A DNA stretch of 64,000 nt, from contig CM097885.1 in the NCBI GenBank assembly GCA_044892525.1, positions 23,190,001-23,254,000 on the forward strand, read 5' to 3'. Positions 10,447 through 22,451 of the stretch are shown here, in pieces (positions within the stretch are counted from its first letter, which is position 1; every line of letters starts with the position of its first letter). This stretch comes from Schmidtea polychroa. Taxonomy: Eukaryota. Below the pieces are notes generated by a model. That model ran no database searches. It was not told where the DNA came from and saw nothing but the letters and a program-made list of their open reading frames with translations. The position numbers and the translations under genes are program-made.

Positions 10447-10789
10447 GTGAAAAATATTATTATTTTTTAATTAATTTTATTATTATTCTAATAAATATTA
10501 TTATTTGTAACATAAAGACTGCCTTTGCCTGAGGCATGCACAGTGCAAGTTAACAAAGGCATGACTAACAAAGGCAGTCACATGTAATTCTGAGTGATTT
10601 ACATTACATACATGCATGCGTGTGATTGGTTGAGTGATTAAAATATTCAGTGTATATGTGTGTGTCTATATTCTCATTGGCTGGGACAGGAAAATATTCA
10701 TTCTCTTTATAAACATCGACAAATCTAAAATTTGTCACAATTATTTTAAAATTTTGAAATTTCAAAATCAATTTGATTAATATTCTAAA

Positions 10790-12046
10790 ATGGAAAAGAA
10801 CGATAATAATCGAGCGTTGAGAGGTCTTTTGACTAATGGTAAATTATTATTATTTTTATTCTATTTTATTTAGATCCTTTCAACTGGTTCGCAGTTACCG
10901 AAGACGAATCAATGTTGAACGTGGATCGGATTTTCGGTAAATTTATCATTTTAATTTTTATTAAAATTAATTTTATATATATTTTAGAACCTATTATTAT
11001 TATTAGCGATGATGAAGATTTAATATTTATTGAAGAAATTAATGCCGAAGATGAATCGATTTTAAATATGGAAAATATCGGTAAATTTATCATTTTAATT
11101 TTTATAAATATTAATTTTATATATTTTAGAACCTATTATTATTAGCGATGATGAAGATTTAATATTTATTGAAGAAATTAATGCCCCAGTTAATGATGTT
11201 GGGCAAAACAAGGTTTTCAAAGAAAAAAGTAAATTTATTTTACTTTAGTATTTTATTTTTAAAAATTTTATTTTTTAGCGTTTAATTTTGATATTGATGC
11301 CGAGGAAGTGGATGAAATAAATGATTCAGATAATACCCTCACTTCTATTGAGGAGGTGGACGAAATGAATGCCCTCACTTCTATTGAGGAGGACTCTGAT
11401 TCCGATATGGAATCGAAATGTAAGACTTATTTATTTTTTATATATTTTTATATATTTCTTTAAAATTTTATAAGCACTTTTTAAATATTTTCATATTAAT
11501 TTCATTATTTTCTTAAAAACTTTTATAAATTACTTATGATGAATTTATGAAGAAAATGATTTATGAAGATAATGATTTATGAAAAAAATGATTTATGAAG
11601 AAAATGACGAAAATTATGAATTTATGTTGAAAATGAATTATGAAGAAAATGGTGAAAATTATGAATTTATGTTTGATGAAAATGATTTATGAGGAAAATT
11701 ATGTTGAAAATAATTATATGACGAATATATGATGAAAACGATTTATGAAGAAAATTATGTTGAAAATAATTATATGACAAATATATGAATTTATGATGAA
11801 AATGATTTATGAAGAAAATGACGAAAATATGACGAAAAATATGAATTTATGATTATATGACGAAAATTATGTTGAAAATAAATATGACGAAAATTATGAA
11901 TTTATGATGAAAATTATGAATTTATGAAGTAAATACTACGTTTCTGAAAATAATGAAATTAATATAAAAATATTTAAAAAAGTGATTACGAAACTATAGT
12001 TATAAAATAATTCTTGTAGTTTGCAATGTGCATCTACATTAGTTAA

Positions 12047-12094
<48 letters not shown>

Positions 12095-12169
12095 CTGACC
12101 CTTCTACTATAGTCTACAGTAAGCATGTAGCTATATAGTAGTCTGCAGTGAGCATGCAGCTACTTCTCT

Positions 12170-12243
<74 letters not shown>

Positions 12244-15200
12244 CTTACTCGTCTAATATTTAACATATTCATATAATAATAATCTGACCCATATACTAAA
12301 ATCTCTCTAATATTCTCTCGAATATATTAACCTATTTTCTATAAGGATTTATCATCATTTGTTATATAGTTCATTTGAATTAAATAACAAATGATGATAA
12401 ATCCTTATCGATGTAACAATTAATAACAATTAGAAAAAGAGAATAAAACTTTAATTTTATTATTTAACAGGTAGACTATACCCAAATTATTGTCAATCCT
12501 CAATTGGACATAACGATAAATGTCATCGCACCATGAAAAAGTATTACAGAAAGACGTTTAATTCAGTCAACTTTTTTATATGCCCCAAATGCGTGACTAG
12601 CGAAAAAATACAATATAGGGAATTTTTTAATAAACATCATAGTCACTTAGGGCAATTTTCGATTTCAAAAAATGTTTTATTTAAAAAAATAAATAAAAAT
12701 AAAAAAAAATTACAAAAAAATTTAGAAAAAAATATTATTAAAAAAAATATTAAAAAAGAAAAAACAGATACTATTAAAACAGATACTATTAAAAAAGATA
12801 CTATTATTATTAAAAAAGATTTAAAAAATATTAAAAAAAATATTATAAAAGAAAAAACAGATACTATTAAAACAGATACTATTAAAAAAGATACTATTAT
12901 TATTAAAAAAGATCCTATTATTATTAAAAAAGATTCTATTAAAAGACCTGCTGGTTTAATTAAAAATTATATTCCTAATAAATTATCGCGACCTGAAGTG
13001 ATAGTCATCAGCAAAGATGAATGTGTAGCTTCAACATCTTTCACACAACACGCACCCATTACACAACACGCACCCATTACACAACAAGAAGTGATAGTCA
13101 TCAATGATGAATGTGTAGCTTCAACGTCTTTCAACATATGTCAAATAGGCGGCTCTTTGTTTGAACCTATGGTTGAATCCGATTTGAACGGATCGCGAAA
13201 AACTTTAAAATTGGATATTAGAAATCAAAACTTGGTAAAAATAACCCTAACATCAAAAATTGAAGAAAGATTAATAGAGGAAATAGAAAAGATGGGCAAT
13301 GTAAAAATTCAATTTACAATTTTAATTAAATTTGAAAAAGATGGGGAGATCCGGGATAATTATTTTTCAAACAATGCGCAAGTTTTTTCAGCAAATTTTA
13401 TAAACGAGGGGGTGAGCAAATTAAATGAAAAGATTGAGCAATTCACCTATTTAGGAAGCGGGTGGCGCGTAATGAATATTTTAGAGATAGATTTTATTTT
13501 AACGAAATACGCACCCGTTAGTAGATTATCCGGACATAGCTATATAAAAACCCCATCAGCATTAAAATTAAAACATGCAATAATTAATGTAAAAAACAAC
13601 GACCATAAGTGTTTCTTATATAGCATTCTTGCACTTTTAAAAAGAGAAGAAATAGGTCGTAATCACCAAAGAGCCGCCAAATATATAGAATTTTTACCTC
13701 TATTAAATTATGATGAAAACACAGATTGCCCGATGAGGTTATGCAACATTCCCAAATTTGAAAGGAAAAATCGCGATTTAAACATGAGCATAAACGTTCT
13801 TTCGTATAATCCAGCCAGTTCTGATTGTGATATTTCTCAGGATTATGTAGCTCACCACCCTCATCTTAATATCATACATCGTTCCAAGGTTATAGATGGT
13901 AGGCCGATTTATTTATTACTTTTGAGTAATAAAGATAAATATCATTATACGGCAGTGACAGACTTGGACAAATTAATGAATTGTCATTTAAATGAAAATG
14001 TAAATGTTCAAATAAGGTGTAACTGGTGCCCACATTGTTTAAATGGCTTTAGATATAAGAATGCTTTCGATCAGCATGTTGCTCTATGCTGTAAAAATCA
14101 GACTGGCACAACCTTGTATACACTTCCTAAAAATAAGGATTTATTATTCACAGATTACGCAAAAACCGTTACACCTCCCTTCGTAATTTATGCCGATTTT
14201 GAATCGGTTTTACCAGAACATGAAACATATCATCAAATACATTTACCCATATCAGCAGGTCTTTTATTAATTAATAATTATACAAACACTAAATTTTATT
14301 ATTATTTTTTTGGACCTAATTGTATTTTGGATTTTTTGAGGAAAGTGGAGGAAATTGCTGTCACAATTGTCCTGCCATATTATGAACTCGAAGGTCATAA
14401 AGGTATGTCTACTTTGTCTTTTGCTCAGGAGCGTGCCTTTCGATCTACCACTATTTGTTATTTGTGTAAAAAAGCTATTATTAATCCTGTGAGAGATCAT
14501 TGCCATTTTACAGGTAGATATGTCGGAGCGGCATGTAGGAAATGTAATGTCTCTCGCAGGATTAATAAATTGTTACCTGTTGTCTTTCATAATTTACGAG
14601 GCTATGACCTCCACCATATTTTAAAACATGGTCTCAGTGATTTTCCCCTTTGGGAACTTAAAATTATACCTACCTCTACAGAAAAATTTATATCTTTAAT
14701 TGCATATATTAACAAATTGCCTGTTCGTTTTATTGACAGCATGCAATTTGTTAATTGCTCTTTAGCCAAAGCTGTGAAAACCTTAACTACTTTTCCGTTA
14801 ACTTCGTCTGTCTTTCAAGGGTCGATGATTCACTCTAAAGGTATCTTTCCATATAATTTCGCTACTTCTTTGGATGTTCTTGAATCGACTTTAGAATTAC
14901 CTCCTATTTGGTCTGATGTTACGGAAGATCAGTACGCTGAGGCTCAACTAATGTGGAGTCAGCATAACTGTAATAATTTGTTATATTATATGTTAATCTA
15001 CCTAAAATTGGACGTATACCTCCTCGCAGACTATTTTCAGCAATTCCGCGGTAAGGCAATTGCTTACAATGGTCTGGATCCTCTTAATTTCTACGGGATT
15101 CCCGGTATGTCATGGGCCTCAGCGCTTATGACATTAACGGAACCCATAGAACTTTTGCAGGACATGGAAATGTATAATTTCTATGAGGGAGGTATCCGGG

Positions 15201-15874
15201 GTGGGTTAACATTTGTTAACAAACATTACACGGCTACTTCAGATGATACAGAATTATTGTACATTGATATAAATAATCTGTATGGTTGGGCTCTTAGCCA
15301 AAATCTTCCGTATGGTGATTTTTCTTGGGTGAATAATAACTTAAATGATGTTTTACTTGAATGTATGAACACGGATATTGATAACCTTCCATATGGGTAT
15401 ACTATGGAGGTCGATATCGATATTCCGGAATGTATGCATGACTTTTTGAATGATTTTCCGATTGCGCCGGAAAAGTTGTGCCTGCCTAATTCAAAAGTTG
15501 AGAAGCTGATGCTCACGCATTGGCCAAAGAGGAACTATGTTCTTCATTGGAGGCTTCTCAAATTGTATATAGAATTAGGTGCGGTTGTTGTAAATATTCA
15601 TAGATGTATAAAGTTTAAACAAGGACCTATCTTTAAATCCTACATAGACACCAACACCACTTTACGATCTCAGTCTACTAGCGAGATATATAGGGACTTG
15701 TTTAAATTGTATAATAACAGTCTGTACGGTAAATCCGTTGAAAATCTGAAAAAACGAATGAATTTGAGGTTGTGTAATTCATCCGAAAAGATGATAGTAT
15801 ACTCCTCAAAGCCGACTTTCAGAAAGTCTATAAGAATCGATAACGATCTGATTGTATTTATATATACATATTGA
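10790..15874 (+). pseudogene. Protein-primed DNA polymerase B with five predicted 5' exons; C-terminally truncated
   Basis: Exons 10790-10838, 10874-10936, 10988-11080, 11130-11228, 11279-11419, 12471-15874; YADFES, FHNLRGYD, YIDINNLYG and KLYNNSLYGK present; DTDS motif absent. Confidence 0.9.
11530..11930 (+). repeat. Degenerate tandem repeat (GAAAATGATTTATGAA-like) in the large pPolB intron
   Basis: Visible reiteration of the unit. Confidence 0.8.
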
Positions 15875-16039
15875 ATAAAATTTGTAATCAGATTTTTTTT
15901 TTTAAATTTTTTAAGTATTTGTTGTTTTATTATAATTTTTATATTTAATGGTGATTTTTATATAGTCTGCAGTGAGCATGCAGCTATATCAGTATTTTTT
16001 TTATATAGTCTGCAGTGAGCATGCAGCTATATCAATCAC

Positions 16040-16088
<49 letters not shown>

Positions 16089-16103
16089 CTTTAAACAGTT
16101 TGC

Positions 16104-16134
<31 letters not shown>

Positions 16135-16147
16135 TAATAATAATAAT

Positions 16148-16214
<67 letters not shown>

Positions 16215-16363
16215 CTTTAAACAGCTTGCAAGGTTACTAGTCATGCTTATTATACATTTGATGGTTACAATTTCTACATTTTGAAAACTATATTTTGATT
16301 GGCTATCACAATTTTATAAATGTAAGAACAAAAGTAATTTAGTTATTAAGAAATTTATTACTA

Positions 16364-16998
16364 ATGATTTCTATAAATAAAACTGATGAATGTGTAACAC
16401 ATTTGGTAACTTTATTATTTTGTCAATATTTTTTTATATATACCATTTATAGCAAGGAAGTCCTACTAGAAATAAGGAAAAATTATGTCCAACCTATTCT
16501 GAAATTTCATTGAAATTTTTTAACACAGTTGAAGATTTTATAAATAATCATGATACTTACAGTGATAAGCAACTCATAAATATTTTAAAGATTTTCAAAC
16601 ATTCCTCTATTGAATATTTGTTTGATTTATTTAATTATGAGAAATCCATTTTAAAGTTATCTTGTTATTTAATGTACTTAGAAAAAATATCAGTAAACAA
16701 TGATTCACTGAATGAATACTTTTGGAGTTGTATGCATTTAAGGTTGAAACCTAGATATAGTAGATTGATTTATGATTGGATAGCAAAAACCGATTTGATT
16801 GAAAATAAGCTAACGAAAAAACTGAACGATGTTAAGAAAAGGTATTTGACTTGTTCAATTTGTAAAGAAAATCGAGTTTCGGTTTTGTATTTACCATGTG
16901 GTCATGTAATTGTTTGTTCTAAGTGTCACGAGAAGAATGTTCGCAAGTGTCAAGCCTGTTCAACACTGATTAATGAATATCATACTATATATATTTAG
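16364..16998 (+). CDS. IAP-type C3HC4 RING protein, two exons (intron 16406-16452)
   Basis: CSICKENRVSVLYLPCGHVIVCSKC...CQAC...IYI at the extreme C-terminus; the upstream ATG exon splices in frame. Confidence 0.85.
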
Positions 16999-17045
16999 TT
17001 TACCTTTGTTAATTTTACATTATTTTATTGTTTAAATAAATGTAT

Positions 17046-17199
17046 GTACATCAATATTTATTTACCTTTGTTAATTTTACATTATTTTATTGTTTAAATA
17101 AATGTATGTTTTGTTGATTTGTTGAGCGTGACCAGTACCCTTGTGAGCATTACCCATAGGGGGACAAAATATTTTGTCGGATAGACTCGGTGTATATAG

Positions 17200-17251
<52 letters not shown>

Positions 17252-17843
17252 TCTTTAGAAATAATAATCTTAATAACAAGATATATGGCTCATTCGAAAG
17301 GCCTTGGATTGAGCTTTAAAATGAGCTATCGATTATTAATGTTTGTTGACGGGAACTTTGAAAATAATTAAAAATAATATTTTTTAAAAATAATAATATG
17401 ACCTTGATGACTCATCGCGATGACTCATATGACCTTGAGAATGACCTTGGATGAGTCATAGGATGACTCAGATGACCTTGAAAATGACCTTGAAAATTTT
17501 TGATGAGTCATAGCATGAGTCATATGACCTTGAAAATTTTTTGATGAGTCATAGTATGAGTCATATGACCTTGAATGAGTCATATGACCTTGAGAACGAC
17601 CTTGAATGAGTCATGGTCTTTGTTTAAATGACCTTGAAAATTTTTATGACTCATCGGATGAGTCATATGACCTTGATGAGTCATAGTATGAGTCATATGA
17701 CCTTGAAAATGACCTTGTTGAGTCATATGTCTTTGTTTAAATTTACTTTTAGACTTAGAATATTTTTGAAAATCTTACCGACGGGGGGAGGGGGGGTACT
17801 GTGCTAGCGGTGCCCTGTGCCAGCGGTGCCCAATCCATCTACT
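17046..17843 (-). repeat. Right TIR of Polinton A
   Basis: Inverted copy of 460-1555. Confidence 0.93.
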
Positions 17844-18206
17844 TTCCTCGTATAATAAAATAACGTTTGCAGTATTTCAGTTTTACAATATCACTACAAG
17901 TAAAATTGAAAGAAAGTACTTTCAAATCAGTGACAAGATGGTTTAGGTCTATTATCACCGAAACTCGATTATTAAGTTTATTTATGATTAGCGTACACAT
18001 GAGTTAACTAGAAAGAGAAGAAATAAAGGACATTATTGAAAATTATATTAAGATTTTGCTGGCAAGATAGACATTATTAATATTATATACTTATTAAACT
18101 ATATTTACAGAAAGTATTACTAAAACCTTTTTTAACCAATATGTAATAATTTCAATTATCAAAGGAAGATAACAACATGTATTCGGTATCCATCAATCAA
18201 TTAGAC

Positions 18207-20780
18207 CAGGGATGGCAATTACATGGCACGCGTGCCAAACTTGGCACGCAGACAAAAAACTTCTGGCACTCTAAGAAATTTAAAAAAAGAAGTAGAAAAA
18301 ATTCTTATTATAAAATAATTACTGCTTTTTAAAAAAAAATTTGGACCCAAAATTTTAATCAACGGCTTTGAATTGAATTCTATATTTTTTTCTCTAGTTG
18401 GCTTTGCGTTATTAAATAACGCAATTAATTATTAAATTTAGTTTATTTTGGCACTTTGATAAAAACCTATTTGCCAAAATAACGGTTATTTTGTACATAC
18501 GTATATGGTTGTGTTATAATTCTTGTATATTCTTACATCAGTTTTTAGTTTTGTTTTAACTTGTGCAGTTCAATAAAATTTGTGTTTAATTTTAAATAAA
18601 ATTTATTTTTTGCTGAATTAAAATGGTACCAAAAAAACCAAAACTACAAGATATTCGTAGCTTTGTACTCTCTTGGACTGCTGATTACGGTTTTGTTAAA
18701 CATGGAGATAAAAGTCGGTGCGGTCTGTACTCTGAAATTATTGTATGTCGAACGTCTTCTATTAAGCGACATTTTGAAACCAACCATAAAGAAATTGCCA
18801 AAAAAAATATTGAAGAAAGAAAAGAACTAATTTCTCAACGATTAAAGATAGCTGAAAATCAATCGAATTCATTATCAAAATTTGTAAAAACCAACAGCAA
18901 TGTTACAGAAGCTAGTTTTGAAATTTCTTATTTGATTGCTAAGCAATCAAAACCATTTTCTGATGGAGAGTTTGTAAAAACGGTTATGTTAAAAGCGGCC
19001 GAAAGTTTGTTTCAAGATTTTAATCATAAAGAAAAGATTATTCAAAGAATTCGAGAAGTCCAGCTAAGCCGAAATTCAGTTAAAGATAGAATTTTAAAAA
19101 TAAGTGCGAATATTTCTGATCAACTTTACAACGATGTTAATAGCTGTGACTACATTTCAATTTGCCTCGATGAATCAACAGATATTAAGTCATCTGCCCG
19201 ATTAGCAATCATTGCACGTTATCCGAAAGATAATGAAATGCACGAAGAACTTTTAAAATTAGCAAATATCCCAGAAAGAACAAGAGGTAGTGATATTTGT
19301 GAAGTTGTATTCAATGAATTAAACAAACTTAAAATAAATATTAAAAAAATCATTTCTGTAACGACAGATGGATCTCCTAATAGGACTGGACCAGAGATAG
19401 GTTTTGTTAATTTATTTCAAAACCTAGTTGGTCATCCAATAATAGGCTTTCATTGCATTATTCATCAGCAAGTTCTTTGTGCAAAATTCGGAACTAGCGA
19501 TTTCAAAGAAATATCAGAACAAGTTAATAAAATCATAAATTTTGTAGTTGCACGCGACATGCATAAAAGACAATTTAAAAAACTTTTAAATGATATGGAT
19601 TGCGAATACGATACTCTCTTAATGTGCAATAGTGTACGTTGGCTAAGTCGAGCGACATCCTTAGAACGATTTGTGAATTGCTTGGAAGAAATTCGACTTT
19701 TTTTACACGAATTCGACAGGGATCGTTTTAAAGAATTATATGATACAGAATGGTTAACAAAATTAATGTTTTTTACCGACGTAACATTACATTTAAACGT
19801 TCTTAATAAAAAATTGCAAGGACGAGGAAAAACAATTGAAGTTATGTTTGGATTGATAAAGGGGTTTGAAATTAAATTAGATATTTTTGCTAGAGATATC
19901 GCATCTGGAAAACATAATAATTTTCCGAAACTTAAAAGTTTTTTAAATGAATCTACAATTTTCAAAAAAACTAATTGGAATTTTAATTACGAATTTTCTA
20001 AAGTTCTTGAAACTATAAAAGAACAATTTTCAAATCGATTTAAAGATTTTAAAAGAATTGATAGGCTGTTGAAAATTGTAAATTATCCGGACTTATTCGA
20101 TATACAGGATTTCGATAACAACCTTATTAATTGGATAAAATTAGAAAATTTAGAAATGCAGACAGTAGATTTGCAATCTAATCCTATTTGGACACAAATA
20201 TTTGTGAATATGCGAAAAAATATAGAAGAATTGGAATATCATCGATTGTCACTGGATGGAGAGTCGGAATGCCGCATTGAAAACTTGATATTGGAAGTGT
20301 GGAATAGTATGCCAGAAGCATTTGCTTCTGTTAAAAAATTAGCAATCGCAATGTTAACCATTTTCGCATCCACTTATTACTGTGAGAGTCTTTTTTCTGT
20401 ACTTAATCATGTACTATCAAAGACAAGAAACAGATTAACAGAAGAAGACTCAGCAGCTTGTATTACCTTACAATCGACAACATACCATCCTGATATTAAA
20501 AACCTTGCAAATAATATGAAGCAAAAAACTTCTAACAAAATTTAAGAATTTTTTATTAAATTTATTATTAAACTTTATAATTTTTTTTACTATTTCTTTA
20601 TATTGAATAAATATTATCACATGAACTCAAATATTGAAATTTATTTCTGTTTTCTTGTGAATAAAAAAATGAATAAAAAATGTACATATAACAAATAAAA
20701 GTTACGAGGGCACGCGAAAAAAATTGAATTTAAATTTAGTTTATTTTGGCACTTTGATAAAAACCTATTTGCCATCCCTG
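18207..20780 (+). mobile_element. Full-length hAT transposon (Buster/SPIN-like)
   Basis: TIR CAGGGATGGCAA; 8-bp TSD AATTAGAC at 18199-18206 and 20781-20788. Confidence 0.96.
18623..20545 (+). CDS. hAT transposase, uninterrupted 640 aa
   Basis: LDESTD, TTDG, CIIH, RW and CESLFS catalytic motifs; the BED finger lacks one Cys. Confidence 0.93.
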   Translation: MVPKKPKLQDIRSFVLSWTADYGFVKHGDKSRCGLYSEIIVCRTSSIKRHFETNHKEIAKKNIEERKELISQRLKIAENQSNSLSKFVKTNSNVTEASFEISYLIAKQSKPFSDGEFVKTVMLKAAESLFQDFNHKEKIIQRIREVQLSRNSVKDRILKISANISDQLYNDVNSCDYISICLDESTDIKSSARLAIIARYPKDNEMHEELLKLANIPERTRGSDICEVVFNELNKLKINIKKIISVTTDGSPNRTGPEIGFVNLFQNLVGHPIIGFHCIIHQQVLCAKFGTSDFKEISEQVNKIINFVVARDMHKRQFKKLLNDMDCEYDTLLMCNSVRWLSRATSLERFVNCLEEIRLFLHEFDRDRFKELYDTEWLTKLMFFTDVTLHLNVLNKKLQGRGKTIEVMFGLIKGFEIKLDIFARDIASGKHNNFPKLKSFLNESTIFKKTNWNFNYEFSKVLETIKEQFSNRFKDFKRIDRLLKIVNYPDLFDIQDFDNNLINWIKLENLEMQTVDLQSNPIWTQIFVNMRKNIEELEYHRLSLDGESECRIENLILEVWNSMPEAFASVKKLAIAMLTIFASTYYCESLFSVLNHVLSKTRNRLTEEDSAACITLQSTTYHPDIKNLANNMKQKTSNKI

Positions 20781-22451
20781 AATTAGACTATAAATAATAA
20801 CATAAATAAGTACATACGAGTCACATCATGGAATATATCATTGAAATTTTTACACGCAACTCAACTGAAAAGAACAGAAAAATGTAATCGGTTGGGAAAA
20901 GTGCGTGCTTAAGTTGTCTAAGTGTAGCAGAAGTTTGTCCTACAAACTGATCACGACTTGTCTGCCAAACTGCTGCGAGATATTTTCTATTTATCATGTA
21001 GATTATCATGTTACTGCCAATTGTCATTGACCCACTTGCGTATCTTTGCAAAGATTTGACAAAAGTTGACAGCGTAATTCTAAATTGATGTACTAGAGCA
21101 AAGAATGATCATTCTTTATCACATGAATCAACAATTTGGTATTGTAATTCGTTAATGAAATCCCTCGTTTTTAGACACCTAAAATATATTAAAAAAAGTA
21201 TTTCTAAGTAAACTTATAAGGGTTCAAGAGAAATATTTTAATACCTCCACTAAAACGATCTTTATACAAAAATAAATGATTAATAATCAAATAAATTCAA
21301 GGTAAAGAAAAAATGTTATAAAACTACTCACGTAACAGCACAATTATAAATTACATCATCTTACATTGATTCAATGATTTATAATGTTGCTTTAGAAAAT
21401 TTCGCATGCTTGTAAAATATGCAAAATTACAAAATTCTAAAATATTTTAACCCTACACTGCATGACTTTTTATATTTGATAGGAAAAAATGTAGTATATT
21501 ATTAAACAAATTTAACTCAACTTACGCTTTTTATATAAAAAATTCAAAACGTATAACTGATTGTTGTCTAAGTACTTTGTACACTTTCACTTAAACTGAA
21601 CATTTACCGAGAACAAGAGCGAGACAGTTTTTATTCTAATAAGATAATTGTGTATCACCAGTGATACAATATGCAGTGTAGGGTTAATTTTAAAATGTTA
21701 CTCTAACTAGAAACTCGAAAGAATTACAAATAATTTATGTTATGGAATATATATTTTGTTACTTGGAATTTGTTTTATTACGAAAATTTAAATATGAGCG
21801 AAGAGTAAATTGAGTGATATTCTATTGTAACTAGCAGAAATCATAAACATATGAGATTAGAACGAAAGTATCAACAATATTAGAGGAATCACATCAATTT
21901 AATATATTGGTTCCTATCGATAATTCTCAAATAAATTTTAAAAAAACCGAAAACTTGTAATGCTACCGATCGTGTAGTGTTTCAAACATATTGGTTATTA
22001 TAATGAAAATCACCCAAAATAAACTTTTTTCAAAATCACATTTCTGTACAAATGCAAACTTATATTCCTGACATTTAAGTACTTTACCAAAACATTAAAA
22101 TTTATACAAATTTTTATTATTGAAATCCCCAAATGATATATAAAACTGCCAATTATTTGAAAAATAATTTTAAAAAATGATTTTAAATTTACAGAAATTT
22201 TTGTAAAGTTACTTTTGGAATTTTTAAAAGCGTTAAAAATGCGTTTAAAAATGCTGCTTTTTGTAATTTGAAAAATGTTTACGATGATTTGATATAAAAA
22301 ATTAATTTTACTAATCTAAAGGATAACAAAAATCAGCTTGGTAAATGATTTAATCTCACAATAGTGATTATTTATAATCAAAAGAAAATTTATTTATGAA
22401 TCCAATAATGAGAGATAAAAATCAAATACAATATTTTATATTAAATAAACT

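Larger units (their letters stand above)
460..17843 (+). mobile_element. Full-length (defective) Polinton/Maverick element A
   Basis: Starts AGTAGATGGATTGGGCACCGC at 460 and ends with its reverse complement at 17843; 6-bp TSD TTCCTC at 454-459 and 17844-17849; encodes ATPase, integrase, minor and major capsid, protease and pPolB. Confidence 0.97.

Noticed and set aside
15960..16032. Iron-responsive element (CAGTGA)
   Set aside because: The bases flanking CAGTGA do not form the 5-bp IRE stem with a bulged C
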